Counted from the first letter of the stretch, positions 17,717 to 27,205 are shown. The stretch is DNA of 38,578 nucleotides from Flavobacterium sp. (GCA_043772515.1 JAYVGE010000052.1:1-38578); one strand, 5' to 3'. A program made the numbers and translations. The notes: generated by a model not told the origin, from the letters alone.

Positions 17717-20278
17717 TTATTTGGCTGCTTCTATTTTTGCTTTGACCTCGGCTTCTGTTCCTTCAAAAACTTCGGTAGTTGTTTTTCCGTTTTTAGTTTT
17801 AGTAACCGTTCCAACGGTAAGATTGTTAGTTGTGGATAAGTTAATCTCAACCCGTTTTGTATCATATTTACTGGTATCAAAACAATCTGTTTTTTTGTGT
17901 AGATATTTTCCGGTTGCATCATAGTTGGATAAACATTTTCCAGTTTCTTCTGTCGAGCAACCACTTTCTCTACACATTTTTGCACATTCTTCTTTAGTCA
18001 TGGTTGTCATTTTAGAGCTGTCACATTTTGAAGCTGCACAGGGTTTTATTTGAGAATTTTTGTAGCAAGCATCTTTTTGAGTCATTGTGTGATTTCCATT
18101 ACCTAATATTGGAGCCATAACCAATCCAATCAAACAAGTCAATTTAATCAAGATGTTCATCGATGGTCCCGAAGTATCTTTGAATGGATCTCCAACAGTA
18201 TCGCCAGTAATCGCTGCTTTATGTGCATCTGAACCTTTGTATGTCATATCGCCATTAATCAAAACTCCTGCCTCAAAAGATTTTTTGGCATTGTCCCAAG
18301 CACCACCTGCATTGTTTTGAAAAACAGCCCAAAGTACTCCAGAAACAGTAACTCCCGCCATATAGCCTCCTAACATTTCGGCAACCAAGGAATTGGCATT
18401 AGCGTCTCCCATATAAACCAACTTCCCTAAAAGTACAATTGCAATCGGAAAACCGATAGTCATAATTCCTGGTAACATCATTTCGCGTAATGCTGCTTGG
18501 GTAGAAATAGCAACACATTTTGCGTATTCTGGTTTGCCAGTTCCTTCCATAATTCCTGGGATTTCCTTAAATTGACGACGCACTTCATAGACCATATCCA
18601 TCGCAGCTTTTCCGACGGAGTTCATTGCCAATGCCGAAAAAACTACGGGTATCATTCCGCCAACAAACAACATCGCCAAAACGGGTGCTTTAAAAATATT
18701 AATTCCGTCAATTCCTGTAAAAGTTACGTAGGCTGCAAATAATGCCAAGGAGGTTAAAGCCGCCGAAGCAATTGCAAATCCTTTTCCGGTTGCGGCTGTT
18801 GTGTTGCCAACGGCATCCAAAATATCGGTACGGGTGCGAACTTCTTTTGGCAATTCGCTCATTTCGGCAATGCCGCCCGCATTATCCGAAATGGGTCCAA
18901 AGGCATCGATAGCCAATTGCATTGCAGTAGTTGCCATCATTGCCGAAGCGGCTAATGCCACTCCGTAAAATCCTGCAAAAGCATAAGAGGTCCAAATAGC
19001 TGCTGCAAATAACAATACCGTAGGAAAAGTAGAAATCATTCCTGTTGCCAAACCAGCAATAACATTAGTTCCTGCTCCTGTACTTGATTTTTGCACGATT
19101 GCCATCACAGGTTTTGTGCCCAATCCGGTATAATATTCGGTTACCGATGAGATAGCTCCTCCGACGATTAGTCCAACAATCGTTGCGTAGAAAACACGCA
19201 TCGACGAAATATCTTTGGCTCCTTCTCCGAAGAAATCCATTTTCATGGTTTCGGGTAGCATATAGTCTACTAAAAAGAAACAAGCTACCGCAGTTAAGGC
19301 GATAGAAGCCCAATTTCCTATATTTAATGCTTTTTGAACTTGTGCTTCTTTGGCATCGTTGTCTGTAATTTTTACCAACATCGTACCGATGATAGAGAAC
19401 AAAATCCCGAAACCAGCAATTGCCATTGGTAATAATATAGGACCAATTCCGCCAAAAGCATCTTCAATTTTCCCACCCATGTCTTTGATGACATAGTTTC
19501 CTAAAACCATAGCGGCCAAAACGGTCGCCACGTAGGAACCGAATAAATCTGCTCCCATTCCAGCAACATCTCCTACGTTATCTCCTACGTTATCTGCGAT
19601 TGTTGCGGGATTACGGGGGTCGTCTTCGGGTATTCCGGCTTCTACTTTACCCACTAAGTCCGCTCCTACATCGGCGGCTTTGGTGTAAATCCCACCACCA
19701 ACTCTTGCAAATAAAGCAATGGATTCTGCTCCAAGAGAAAAACCGGCTAGTGTTTCTAAAACAATGGTCATATCTTCATTGGTTGTCCAAACTCCGTTCA
19801 TAAAAAAATGGAAAAAGAGAATAAAGAAAGACGTTAAACCTAAAACTGCCAAACCTGCAACTCCCAAGCCCATCACTGTCCCTCCTCCGAAGGATACTTT
19901 TAATGCCTTTGGCAAACTAGTGCGTGCGGCCTGAGTCGTTCTAACGTTGGTTTTTGTTGCAATTTTCATTCCCATATTTCCTGCCAATGCCGAGAAGAAA
20001 GCACCAAAAACAAAAGCTACAACAATAAATAGATGTGTTGTAGCTCCAGGTAAAAAGGTGATTCCTGTTAGTACGATACTTGCTCCAACTACAAAAAAAG
20101 CTAATAATCGATATTCTGCTTTTAGAAAAGCCAATGCTCCTTCATAAATATAATCTGAGATTTCTTTCATCTTTCCGTCTCCTGCGTCTTGCTTTAAAAC
20201 CCAAGCTCTTTTGAATGCCATAAATGCGAGTCCAACGAATGCCATTATTATTGGCAAATAAATCATAATTGTGTTCAT
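17717..20278 (-). CDS. hppA: Membrane-bound K+-dependent ion-translocating pyrophosphatase (probably H+-pumping) with Cys-rich C-terminal extension
   Basis: GGGIYTKAADVGADLVGKVE, EDDPRN, DNVGDNVGD, GNTTAA (Ala indicates K+ dependence) and GDTVGDPFKDTSGP motifs. Confidence 0.96.
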   Translation of the reverse strand: MNTIMIYLPIIMAFVGLAFMAFKRAWVLKQDAGDGKMKEISDYIYEGALAFLKAEYRLLAFFVVGASIVLTGITFLPGATTHLFIVVAFVFGAFFSALAGNMGMKIATKTNVRTTQAARTSLPKALKVSFGGGTVMGLGVAGLAVLGLTSFFILFFHFFMNGVWTTNEDMTIVLETLAGFSLGAESIALFARVGGGIYTKAADVGADLVGKVEAGIPEDDPRNPATIADNVGDNVGDVAGMGADLFGSYVATVLAAMVLGNYVIKDMGGKIEDAFGGIGPILLPMAIAGFGILFSIIGTMLVKITDNDAKEAQVQKALNIGNWASIALTAVACFFLVDYMLPETMKMDFFGEGAKDISSMRVFYATIVGLIVGGAISSVTEYYTGLGTKPVMAIVQKSSTGAGTNVIAGLATGMISTFPTVLLFAAAIWTSYAFAGFYGVALAASAMMATTAMQLAIDAFGPISDNAGGIAEMSELPKEVRTRTDILDAVGNTTAATGKGFAIASAALTSLALFAAYVTFTGIDGINIFKAPVLAMLFVGGMIPVVFSALAMNSVGKAAMDMVYEVRRQFKEIPGIMEGTGKPEYAKCVAISTQAALREMMLPGIMTIGFPIAIVLLGKLVYMGDANANSLVAEMLGGYMAGVTVSGVLWAVFQNNAGGAWDNAKKSFEAGVLINGDMTYKGSDAHKAAITGDTVGDPFKDTSGPSMNILIKLTCLIGLVMAPILGNGNHTMTQKDACYKNSQIKPCAASKCDSSKMTTMTKEECAKMCRESGCSTEETGKCLSNYDATGKYLHKKTDCFDTSKYDTKRVEINLSTTNNLTVGTVTKTKNGKTTTEVFEGTEAEVKAKIEAAK

Positions 20279-20333
20279 AAAATTTCGTTTTATTATTGGT
20301 TTTGGTTAAAAAATAGTACAAACGAATGTAAAC

Positions 20334-20370
20334 AAAAAAGCAATACTCTTTACGAAGTATTGCTTTTTTT
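20334..20370 (-). terminator. Terminator after ppa (bidirectional shape)
   Basis: AAAAAAGCAATACT-N8-AGTATTGCTTTTTT. Confidence 0.75.
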
Positions 20371-20390
20371 ATACAATTTTGGACGGTAAA

Positions 20391-20921
20391 TTATTTAATG
20401 CTAAACAATCCCTCTGGTTTATTTTCTATTTGATCAAAACGCTCTGTGCATTCTTTTATAATGGCATACGCTTCGTTTACATCTCCCCAACCACCAACAT
20501 CTACGGTTTTGTTTTCTAGATCTTTATAAACTTGAAAGAAATGCTCGATTTCTTTTAGTAAATGTGGGTTCATATCTGATAAATCATTTAATGAATTCCA
20601 GATTGGGTCAGAAACTGGCACACAGATTACTTTTTCGTCTGGTCCTTTGTCATCTGCCATGTGAAAAACGCCAATTGGCTTTACTTCCATAACGCATCCA
20701 GGAAAAGTTGGTTCGTTTACCAGAACCAAAACATCCAAAGGATCTCCGTCTAGGGCTAAAGTTTCTGGAATAAACCCGTAATCTGCAGGATACATCATTG
20801 AAGAAAACAACATTCTATCAAAACGCATTCTTTTTATTTCGAAATCGTATTCGTATTTATTTCTACTTCCTCTTGGTATTTCGATTAATACATCGAAAGT
20901 TGTTAATTTGTCTGCAGTCAT
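20391..20921 (-). CDS. ppa: Soluble family I inorganic pyrophosphatase
   Basis: EIPRGSRNKYE, YGFIPETL, DGDPLDV and HFFQVYKDLE motifs. Confidence 0.97.
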   Translation of the reverse strand: MTADKLTTFDVLIEIPRGSRNKYEYDFEIKRMRFDRMLFSSMMYPADYGFIPETLALDGDPLDVLVLVNEPTFPGCVMEVKPIGVFHMADDKGPDEKVICVPVSDPIWNSLNDLSDMNPHLLKEIEHFFQVYKDLENKTVDVGGWGDVNEAYAIIKECTERFDQIENKPEGLFSIK

Positions 20922-21029
20922 TTTTATTATAGCTTTTCTTTATTTACGAGTGCAAAAATAAGGAAACTATACGTTTCGACAATACTTATTAAGCATTAAA
21001 TCTTTGTAAATTGTGTAACAAATGTTATT

Positions 21030-21275
21030 TTAATACACGGTCGTCCTGTTTGTTTTATTTAAAGAAAAATGTCCTAAAATAAAAATGGAATACCAGTGAT
21101 AGGGACTTTCTTTTGGGCTGTAGGTTTTTATTTCTTGCTTGTCTTTCGATAAATATAATTTTTTGATGGCATTTACTACCGAAATGTCTGCTAGTGTTAG
21201 CAAATGTGGGTTTTGCAGACAAAAAAATAAATATCGATTACCCAGTGTCAATTCTTTTTATTAGTGTTGATCAGC
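21030..21275 (-). pseudogene. C-terminal remnant of an AlkA-type (HhH-GPD) DNA-3-methyladenine glycosylase
   Basis: Frame-hopping read IKRI..WVIDIY.FCLQNPHLLTLADISVVNAIKKL...SPYHWYSIFILGHFSL resembles IKGIGxWTxxxYLMF...LPxxD...WxPYRS.A...LW. The N-terminal part is absent. Confidence 0.68.
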
Positions 21276-21288
21276 TTCAAAATCGACC

Positions 21289-23775
21289 TTAAAAATGAAA
21301 TCCAAAGGCTGCTTTTACAGTAAAACGATTGGTATTGGGAGTATTGAGATAGTTACCTCGCCAAGAAAAATCAACTCTAAATACTTTAAAAATATTTCCT
21401 ATTCCAGCATTGTATTCCCAATATACATTTTCGGGTGCTGTATAAACTAAGCCCGAAGCATTAATGACTCTATTGGCATCAGAAATGGTTCCGTAAACTC
21501 CTTTTATACCTATTGTTTCTCTCCAATTTAATTTTCGCATAAACGGAATTCTTGCAAAAATATTTCCGTTAAAGTTATGTTCCCATTGCATCGTAACATA
21601 TTGATCGGTTACAAATTCGTAAAAATTAAGATTGCTAAACGTGTTTTCGATAGAGAAATATGTTTGGTTTCCAGGAATAACACTCATTAGTCCCAAAGGG
21701 ATTGTGCCAAAGGTTTTTCCGACTTCGGTAATTATATTTGTGTGTCCTAGCCCACCAATAATTATCGGTTGTTTGTAATATAGTTGTAGTTTGTCATATT
21801 TGAAATCACTCTTTAACAGGCCTTTAAAACCGTGGCTGTAGCTGACAAAAAATCGGCTAAAAGGACTGTTGACTTTATTTCTTTCTACTCCGAAACCAAT
21901 GGTTTTCTTCTTGGGAGTAAATTCTATCTGAACGTTTACATCAGATTGTTTTACGTTATTTTTAGTAATTGCCTTTGTTGCGTCGGTATAGTAATTCAGA
22001 CTAAAGGTTGGTGATGCTGACTCTAGGGTTCGGTAAGAAAAATCTACTTGAAAGGTTAGGTTTTTAACAGGCTCTATTTCAAATCCAATATTACTCAAAT
22101 TGATATTGGTTAATTTACCATTGCTGCCTGAGGTAAATACTGCCGACGAAGCAAAACTTCTTCCTAACACATCGGTTGTTGTAGTGAGACTTGCGCCTAT
22201 TTGTTCGATATCGCGTCTGTTTCCCCCTGAGAGGATAATTCGATTTTTCTTGTCGACCATCCATTTGCCAGAAATACCATATTTAAATTTATCATCTTTA
22301 AAACCATATGCTGTATATGCTTGTAATCTCCAAGTATCACTGGGGCCAAAATAGGTTCTTATTCCTGTTCGCAAACGAATTCCCTCGACTTCATTATATC
22401 CAAATGTTGAAAAAATGGGACCATAATCGAAATGATTGAATCGAACATAACCAGTTCCCAAAATAGAAACTAAACTGTACAGCTTCTTGAATTTCTTGAC
22501 CGTCTTCAGTGTGTCAAGCATTTTATAAACTCCTAATTCGTCTTTACTTAATTTTTCGAAACGATTTTCATGCCAAAAAGTGTCGGGCTTATCATATACA
22601 CCCTGATCCCATTGATTAACACTTTCTTTGTAAAATCCGAGTGGTTTAGTTTCGTTAAATTTATGATTTCGATACAAGGTAGTTCGTTTGCCATATACTC
22701 CTTTTGATTTTTCTTTTTTATTTAAAGCAAAATCAGACATCATATAATCACGAGTAAGAAGGAAAACGGAATCATTTACCACTTCAAATTCCTGTTCTAA
22801 GTATATATCTTTTACCCAGTTAATATTAGCACTTTTGGTAACTGCCATATTGATGTTTTTAATGGCAAACGTGGTATCATTTACCCAAAAATTCCCTTTG
22901 AAAGTCAATTCGTTTTTGCGCCTTGGGTAAAATACAATGTTGTAACACCATTTTTTATCCACAAAGGAGCTGTCTTTCAATACATAATTATAAACATCAA
23001 TTCCAGTCTTTGATAATGGACTAGTAAAACTTTTGTCAAAAAAAGTAAGATAATTGTCGTAAATATCGTAATTTGAATATAAATCTTTGATAAATGTATT
23101 TACGCCATCATTATTGTTTAATCCAGAATTTTTATTTGCTTTTAGAGTTTCTTTTCTTTTCGATATTTTATTGTCTCCATAAACATCATAAAGTGATTCG
23201 TTTATGAAAATAGGTAAATAGGTTTTTCCTGTAATTTTCGAAGTATCTACTTGTTTAAAGATAAATTCCATACCTCTAAAAATCTTATTTTTCATAAAAG
23301 CACTGTCAATGGTGTTCATGTCAAACTCGACTTTCTCGTATTTTTCCATTTGGTATTGGTCGAACAAATATAATCCGTTTTTACGTTTTCTTTCCCAAAT
23401 TTTTCTAAGAATGTCCAATGCGGGGTTGTTCTTTTTGGAGGTTTTACCAGTAAAAATAACAACTTCTTTTAGGTTTTCGATTTCTTTTAGTTGAATGATA
23501 AAATTATAATTAACCAATTTTTTCAAAGTAATTTCTTTTTCAGAAAAACCCATCGAGGACACGACCAAAGTGGCATAGTCTTTTGGAGATTCTAGATAAA
23601 AATGACCATCTTCATTGGTCACAATTCCTTCATTAGAATTTTTGAATACGACATTTGCAAAAGGAATTGGCTGTTTGAGTTGATCCAAAACAGTCCCACT
23701 TACTTTTGTTTGTGCCAGACTTTTATTTGCAAAAGCAAATAAAAAAAACATTCCCAATACCACTAATCTCTTCAT
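21289..23775 (-). CDS. Outer-membrane protein with CarboxypepD_reg-like N-domain and DUF5686 barrel
   Basis: Signal peptide, VSGTVLD...PIPFANV...TNEDGHF...SSMGF N-domain, YNEVEGIRLR and a terminal aromatic residue (FGFHF). Start placed at MKRLVV. Confidence 0.85.
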   Translation of the reverse strand: MKRLVVLGMFFLFAFANKSLAQTKVSGTVLDQLKQPIPFANVVFKNSNEGIVTNEDGHFYLESPKDYATLVVSSMGFSEKEITLKKLVNYNFIIQLKEIENLKEVVIFTGKTSKKNNPALDILRKIWERKRKNGLYLFDQYQMEKYEKVEFDMNTIDSAFMKNKIFRGMEFIFKQVDTSKITGKTYLPIFINESLYDVYGDNKISKRKETLKANKNSGLNNNDGVNTFIKDLYSNYDIYDNYLTFFDKSFTSPLSKTGIDVYNYVLKDSSFVDKKWCYNIVFYPRRKNELTFKGNFWVNDTTFAIKNINMAVTKSANINWVKDIYLEQEFEVVNDSVFLLTRDYMMSDFALNKKEKSKGVYGKRTTLYRNHKFNETKPLGFYKESVNQWDQGVYDKPDTFWHENRFEKLSKDELGVYKMLDTLKTVKKFKKLYSLVSILGTGYVRFNHFDYGPIFSTFGYNEVEGIRLRTGIRTYFGPSDTWRLQAYTAYGFKDDKFKYGISGKWMVDKKNRIILSGGNRRDIEQIGASLTTTTDVLGRSFASSAVFTSGSNGKLTNINLSNIGFEIEPVKNLTFQVDFSYRTLESASPTFSLNYYTDATKAITKNNVKQSDVNVQIEFTPKKKTIGFGVERNKVNSPFSRFFVSYSHGFKGLLKSDFKYDKLQLYYKQPIIIGGLGHTNIITEVGKTFGTIPLGLMSVIPGNQTYFSIENTFSNLNFYEFVTDQYVTMQWEHNFNGNIFARIPFMRKLNWRETIGIKGVYGTISDANRVINASGLVYTAPENVYWEYNAGIGNIFKVFRVDFSWRGNYLNTPNTNRFTVKAAFGFHF

Positions 23776-23788
23776 AATTTTTTCCTCC

Positions 23789-23830
23789 AAAAAAAAACTT
23801 CATCAATTTCCTGATGAAGTTCCAAATATA
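23789..23830 (-). terminator. pdhB terminator overlapping the -7 promoter element of the next gene
   Basis: Minus strand reads TATATTTG-G-AACTTCATCA-GGAAAT-TGATGAAGTT followed by a T run. Confidence 0.65.
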
Positions 23831-23905
23831 GTTAATTCCTTATTTATTTTATTTGAAATGAGATTATTCGACTGTTAAAGTTTTCAACCTCCAAAAAAAC
23901 AAAAA

Positions 23906-24886
23906 TTACTTTTTGTACAATACCTTTTTTACGGCTTTGATTACGTCGTTGGCATTTGGTAACCATTCTTTTAATAAAACAGGAGAATAAGGAGCGGGCG
24001 TGTCTGCAGTAGTAATGCGCTGAATTGGTGCGTCCAAGAAGTCGAAAGCACGCTCTTGAACGATATAAGTGATTTCTGACGCTACGCTTGCAAAAGGCCA
24101 TGCTTCCTCAAGAACAACCAATCGGTTTGTTTTTCTAACCGATGTCAAAATCGTTTCGTGATCCATAGGACGTACAGTTCTTAAATCGACAATCTCGCAT
24201 GAAATCCCTTCTTTTGCCAATTCATCGGCAGCTATAAAAGCTTCTTTAATAATTTTACCAAAAGAAACAATCGTTACATCTGTTCCTTCTCGTTTTACAT
24301 CTGCAAGACCAAGCGCAATGGTGTATTCTCCGTCTGGCACTTCGCCTTTGTCTCCATACATTTGCTCCGACTCCATAAAAATAACAGGATCGTTATCACG
24401 AATGGCTGCTTTTAATAACCCTTTTGCATCATAAACCGTAGAGGGGACTACTACTTTAAGTCCAGGAGTATTGGCAAACCAATTTTCTAAAGCTTGTGAG
24501 TGTGTTGCTCCCAATTGGCCTGCCGAAGCAGTTGGTCCACGAAAAACAATGGGTACGTTAAATTGTCCTCCTGTCATCTGACGCATTTTGGCAGCGTTAT
24601 TTATAATTTGATCAATTCCAACCAAACAGAAATTAAAAGTCATGTATTCTACAATCGGGCGACAACCGTTCATTGCCGATCCTACAGCAATACCTGTAAA
24701 ACCAAGTTCAGCAATCGGAGTATCAATTACTCTTTTTTCGCCAAACTCTGCAAGCATTCCTTTCGATGCTTTGTAGGCACCGTTATATTCTGCAACTTCT
24801 TCACCCATTAAGTATATCGACTCATCGCGACGCATTTCTTCACTCATCGCTTCGCAAATTGCCTCTCTAAATTGTATCGTTCTCAT
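23906..24886 (-). CDS. pdhB: Pyruvate dehydrogenase E1 beta subunit
   Basis: GEEVAEYNGAYKASKG, DTPIAELGF and ATHSQ motifs. Confidence 0.96.
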   Translation of the reverse strand: MRTIQFREAICEAMSEEMRRDESIYLMGEEVAEYNGAYKASKGMLAEFGEKRVIDTPIAELGFTGIAVGSAMNGCRPIVEYMTFNFCLVGIDQIINNAAKMRQMTGGQFNVPIVFRGPTASAGQLGATHSQALENWFANTPGLKVVVPSTVYDAKGLLKAAIRDNDPVIFMESEQMYGDKGEVPDGEYTIALGLADVKREGTDVTIVSFGKIIKEAFIAADELAKEGISCEIVDLRTVRPMDHETILTSVRKTNRLVVLEEAWPFASVASEITYIVQERAFDFLDAPIQRITTADTPAPYSPVLLKEWLPNANDVIKAVKKVLYKK

Positions 24887-24990
24887 ATTTTATATTGTGT
24901 GTGTATTTTTCGAAAAGCAAAAATAAATATTTTTAACCACTTAAAAGCATAAATCAACCTAAAATAAAACCTATTTATATGTATCTTTTT

Positions 24991-25070
24991 CAGGAGCTAT
25001 TCCAGCTATTCGCTCTATCTTTTTTCTTGCTAAAGAAGCAAGAAAAAAGGATGCCGCTACTATCTGGGCT
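24991..25070. repeat. Nested-hairpin intergenic repeat element
   Basis: Inner 12-bp stem TTTTTTCTTGCT/AGCAAGAAAAAA. The reverse complement flank GATAGTAGCGG resembles GATGGTAGTGG of the 12114 element. Confidence 0.7.
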
Positions 25071-25277
25071 ACGAAATCGATGTAATAGATTCTTTTTGGA
25101 ACAAGCAAGATTTTAAATTGTAGTAAAAAAAATACAAAGTAGTATTTTAAACCTTAAATTTGTTAACTAAAAAGCAGCTAGAAAAATAAAATAAAATCAT
25201 TTTCAACCCAAACAATTGATGAGTTGGCAGAATTCTACCCGCTTAATTCTCAAATTACGAAATCGTTATAACAATCA

Positions 25278-25327
25278 AAAATATTATGCATGCATAGTAT
25301 TTTATTCGAAATATTATTATAATTTTG
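25278..25327 (+). promoter_or_regulatory. etfBA promoter with a 26-bp palindromic operator candidate
   Basis: AAAATATTATGCA|TGCATAGTATTTT (12/13 pairs) at 25278-25303 and a TAATTTTG -7 element at 25320-25327. Confidence 0.65.
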
Positions 25328-25360
25328 TAAAAGACATTCATCTACAAAAAACATATACTT

Positions 25361-26107
25361 ATGAAAATATTAGTTTGCATCAGTCACGTTCCTGATACTA
25401 CTTCAAAAATCAACTTTGCCAATGGCGATTCTGAATTTGACACCAATGGAGTACAATATGTAATTAATCCAAACGACGAATTTGGGTTAACACGTGCCAT
25501 TTGGTTCCAAGAACAACAAGGCGCAACAGTTACTGTTGTTAATGTTGGCGGTCCAGATACAGAACCTACTTTGAGAAAAGCTTTGGCAATTGGCGCTAAT
25601 GAAGCCATCCGTGTAAACGCAAATCCTACAGACGGTTTCTTTGTAGCAACTCAACTTGCCGAAGTAATTAAAAAGGGTAGCTACGATGTGGTAATTGCAG
25701 GAAAAGAATCGTTGGATTACAATGGAGGAATGGTTCCAGGAATGATTGCGGGAATCCTAGGCTACAACTTTTTAAATTCTTGCACCAATATTACTGTAGA
25801 AGGTAGTACAGTAAAAGCAGTTCGAGAAATTGATGGAGGGAAAGAAACCGTAAGTACCACTTTGCCAGTAATCATTGGAGGTCAAAAGGGATTGGTAGAA
25901 GAAAAAGACCTCCGCATCCCAAACATGAGAGGAATTATGACTGCTCGATCAAAAGCATTAACAATTCTAGAACCAGTTGCTGCTGTTGCCAACACCAAAG
26001 CAGTAAAATTTGAAAAACCAGCTCCTAAATCTGCTGTAAAATTAATATCAGCTGATAACTTAGACGAATTAATCAATTTATTACACAACGAAGCAAAGGT
26101 AATTTAG
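25361..26107 (+). CDS. etfB: Electron transfer flavoprotein beta subunit
   Basis: MKILVCISHVPDT, INPND, LRKALAIGA and LRIPNMRGIM motifs. Confidence 0.96.
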   Translation: MKILVCISHVPDTTSKINFANGDSEFDTNGVQYVINPNDEFGLTRAIWFQEQQGATVTVVNVGGPDTEPTLRKALAIGANEAIRVNANPTDGFFVATQLAEVIKKGSYDVVIAGKESLDYNGGMVPGMIAGILGYNFLNSCTNITVEGSTVKAVREIDGGKETVSTTLPVIIGGQKGLVEEKDLRIPNMRGIMTARSKALTILEPVAAVANTKAVKFEKPAPKSAVKLISADNLDELINLLHNEAKVI

Positions 26108-26113
26108 GGATTG

Positions 26114-26229
26114 GATTGCTGATTGAAGATTAAAGATTTTTGATTGCTGATGGCAAAAAAATCTAAAATCTTTAGTCTAAGTTCTAAAATCTAAAATCAC
26201 AAGTCTAAAATCTAAAATCTAAAATCACA
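26114..26229. repeat. Inverted heptamer tandem arrays between etfB and etfA
   Basis: Six GATTnnn-like units (26114-26155) face ten AATCTAA-like units (26160-26229). Confidence 0.85.
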
Positions 26230-26236
26230 AATTATT

Positions 26237-27205
26237 ATGTCAATATTAATATATGCAGAATCTGCAGAAGGAAAATTTAAGAAAGTAGCTTTCGAATTGG
26301 CTTCTTACGCAAAAAAAGTAGCCCAATCATTAGGAACTACAGTTACTGCGGTAACGGTAAACGCTGGAGATGTTTCGGAATTATCAAAATACGGAGTAGA
26401 TAAAGTTTTAAAAGTAAACAACGATAAATTAGCAGGTTTTACAGCAAAAGCATACGCCGACGTTATCAAACAGGCAGCTCAAAAAGAAGACGCTAAACTA
26501 GTATTACTTTCGTCTACTACAGATAGTATTTACTTATCTTCTTTGGTCGCAGTAGCATTAGAAGCTGGGTTCGCCTCCAATGTTGTTGGTTTGCCAGTAA
26601 GTACTTCTCCTTTTCAAGTAAAAAGAAATGCTTTTTCAAACAAAGCTTTCAATATCACAGAAATATCAACAGATGTAAAAGTTCTTGGTCTTGCCAAAAA
26701 CTCGTATGGGATTTTTGAAACCGCTTCAACGCTAACGCAAGAAGATTTCAACCCAACCATTGGAGACAATGATTTTGGAGTAAAAGTAGAATCTGTAGAA
26801 AAAGTTTCTGGAAAAGTTTCTATCGCCGATGCAGATATTGTAGTTTCTGCTGGACGCGGATTAAAAGGTCCCGAAAACTGGACAATGATAGAAGAATTGG
26901 CTTCTGTGCTTGGTGCAGCAACAGCATGTTCTAAGCCTGTATCCGATCTAGGATGGAGACCTCACGGAGAACACGTAGGACAAACAGGAAAGCCAGTTGC
27001 TACCAATTTATATATTGCCATTGGTATCTCTGGTGCAATACAACACATTGCAGGAATCAACTCTTCAAAAGTAAAAGTGGTTATCAATAGTGATCCCGAA
27101 GCACCTTTCTTTAAGGTAGCCGATTACGGAATTGTAGGTGATGCATTCGAAATAATTCCTCAATTAATCGAGAAATTTAAAGCATTCAAAGCGCAACAGT
27201 CTTAA
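26237..27205 (+). CDS. etfA: Electron transfer flavoprotein alpha subunit
   Basis: ADIVVSAGRG, HVGQTGK, LYIAIGISGAIQH and INSDPEAPFF motifs. Confidence 0.96.
   Translation: MSILIYAESAEGKFKKVAFELASYAKKVAQSLGTTVTAVTVNAGDVSELSKYGVDKVLKVNNDKLAGFTAKAYADVIKQAAQKEDAKLVLLSSTTDSIYLSSLVAVALEAGFASNVVGLPVSTSPFQVKRNAFSNKAFNITEISTDVKVLGLAKNSYGIFETASTLTQEDFNPTIGDNDFGVKVESVEKVSGKVSIADADIVVSAGRGLKGPENWTMIEELASVLGAATACSKPVSDLGWRPHGEHVGQTGKPVATNLYIAIGISGAIQHIAGINSSKVKVVINSDPEAPFFKVADYGIVGDAFEIIPQLIEKFKAFKAQQS

Noticed and set aside
26114-26229. Possible CRISPR array
   Set aside because: Period of 7 nt with no unique spacers, and no cas genes in the window.
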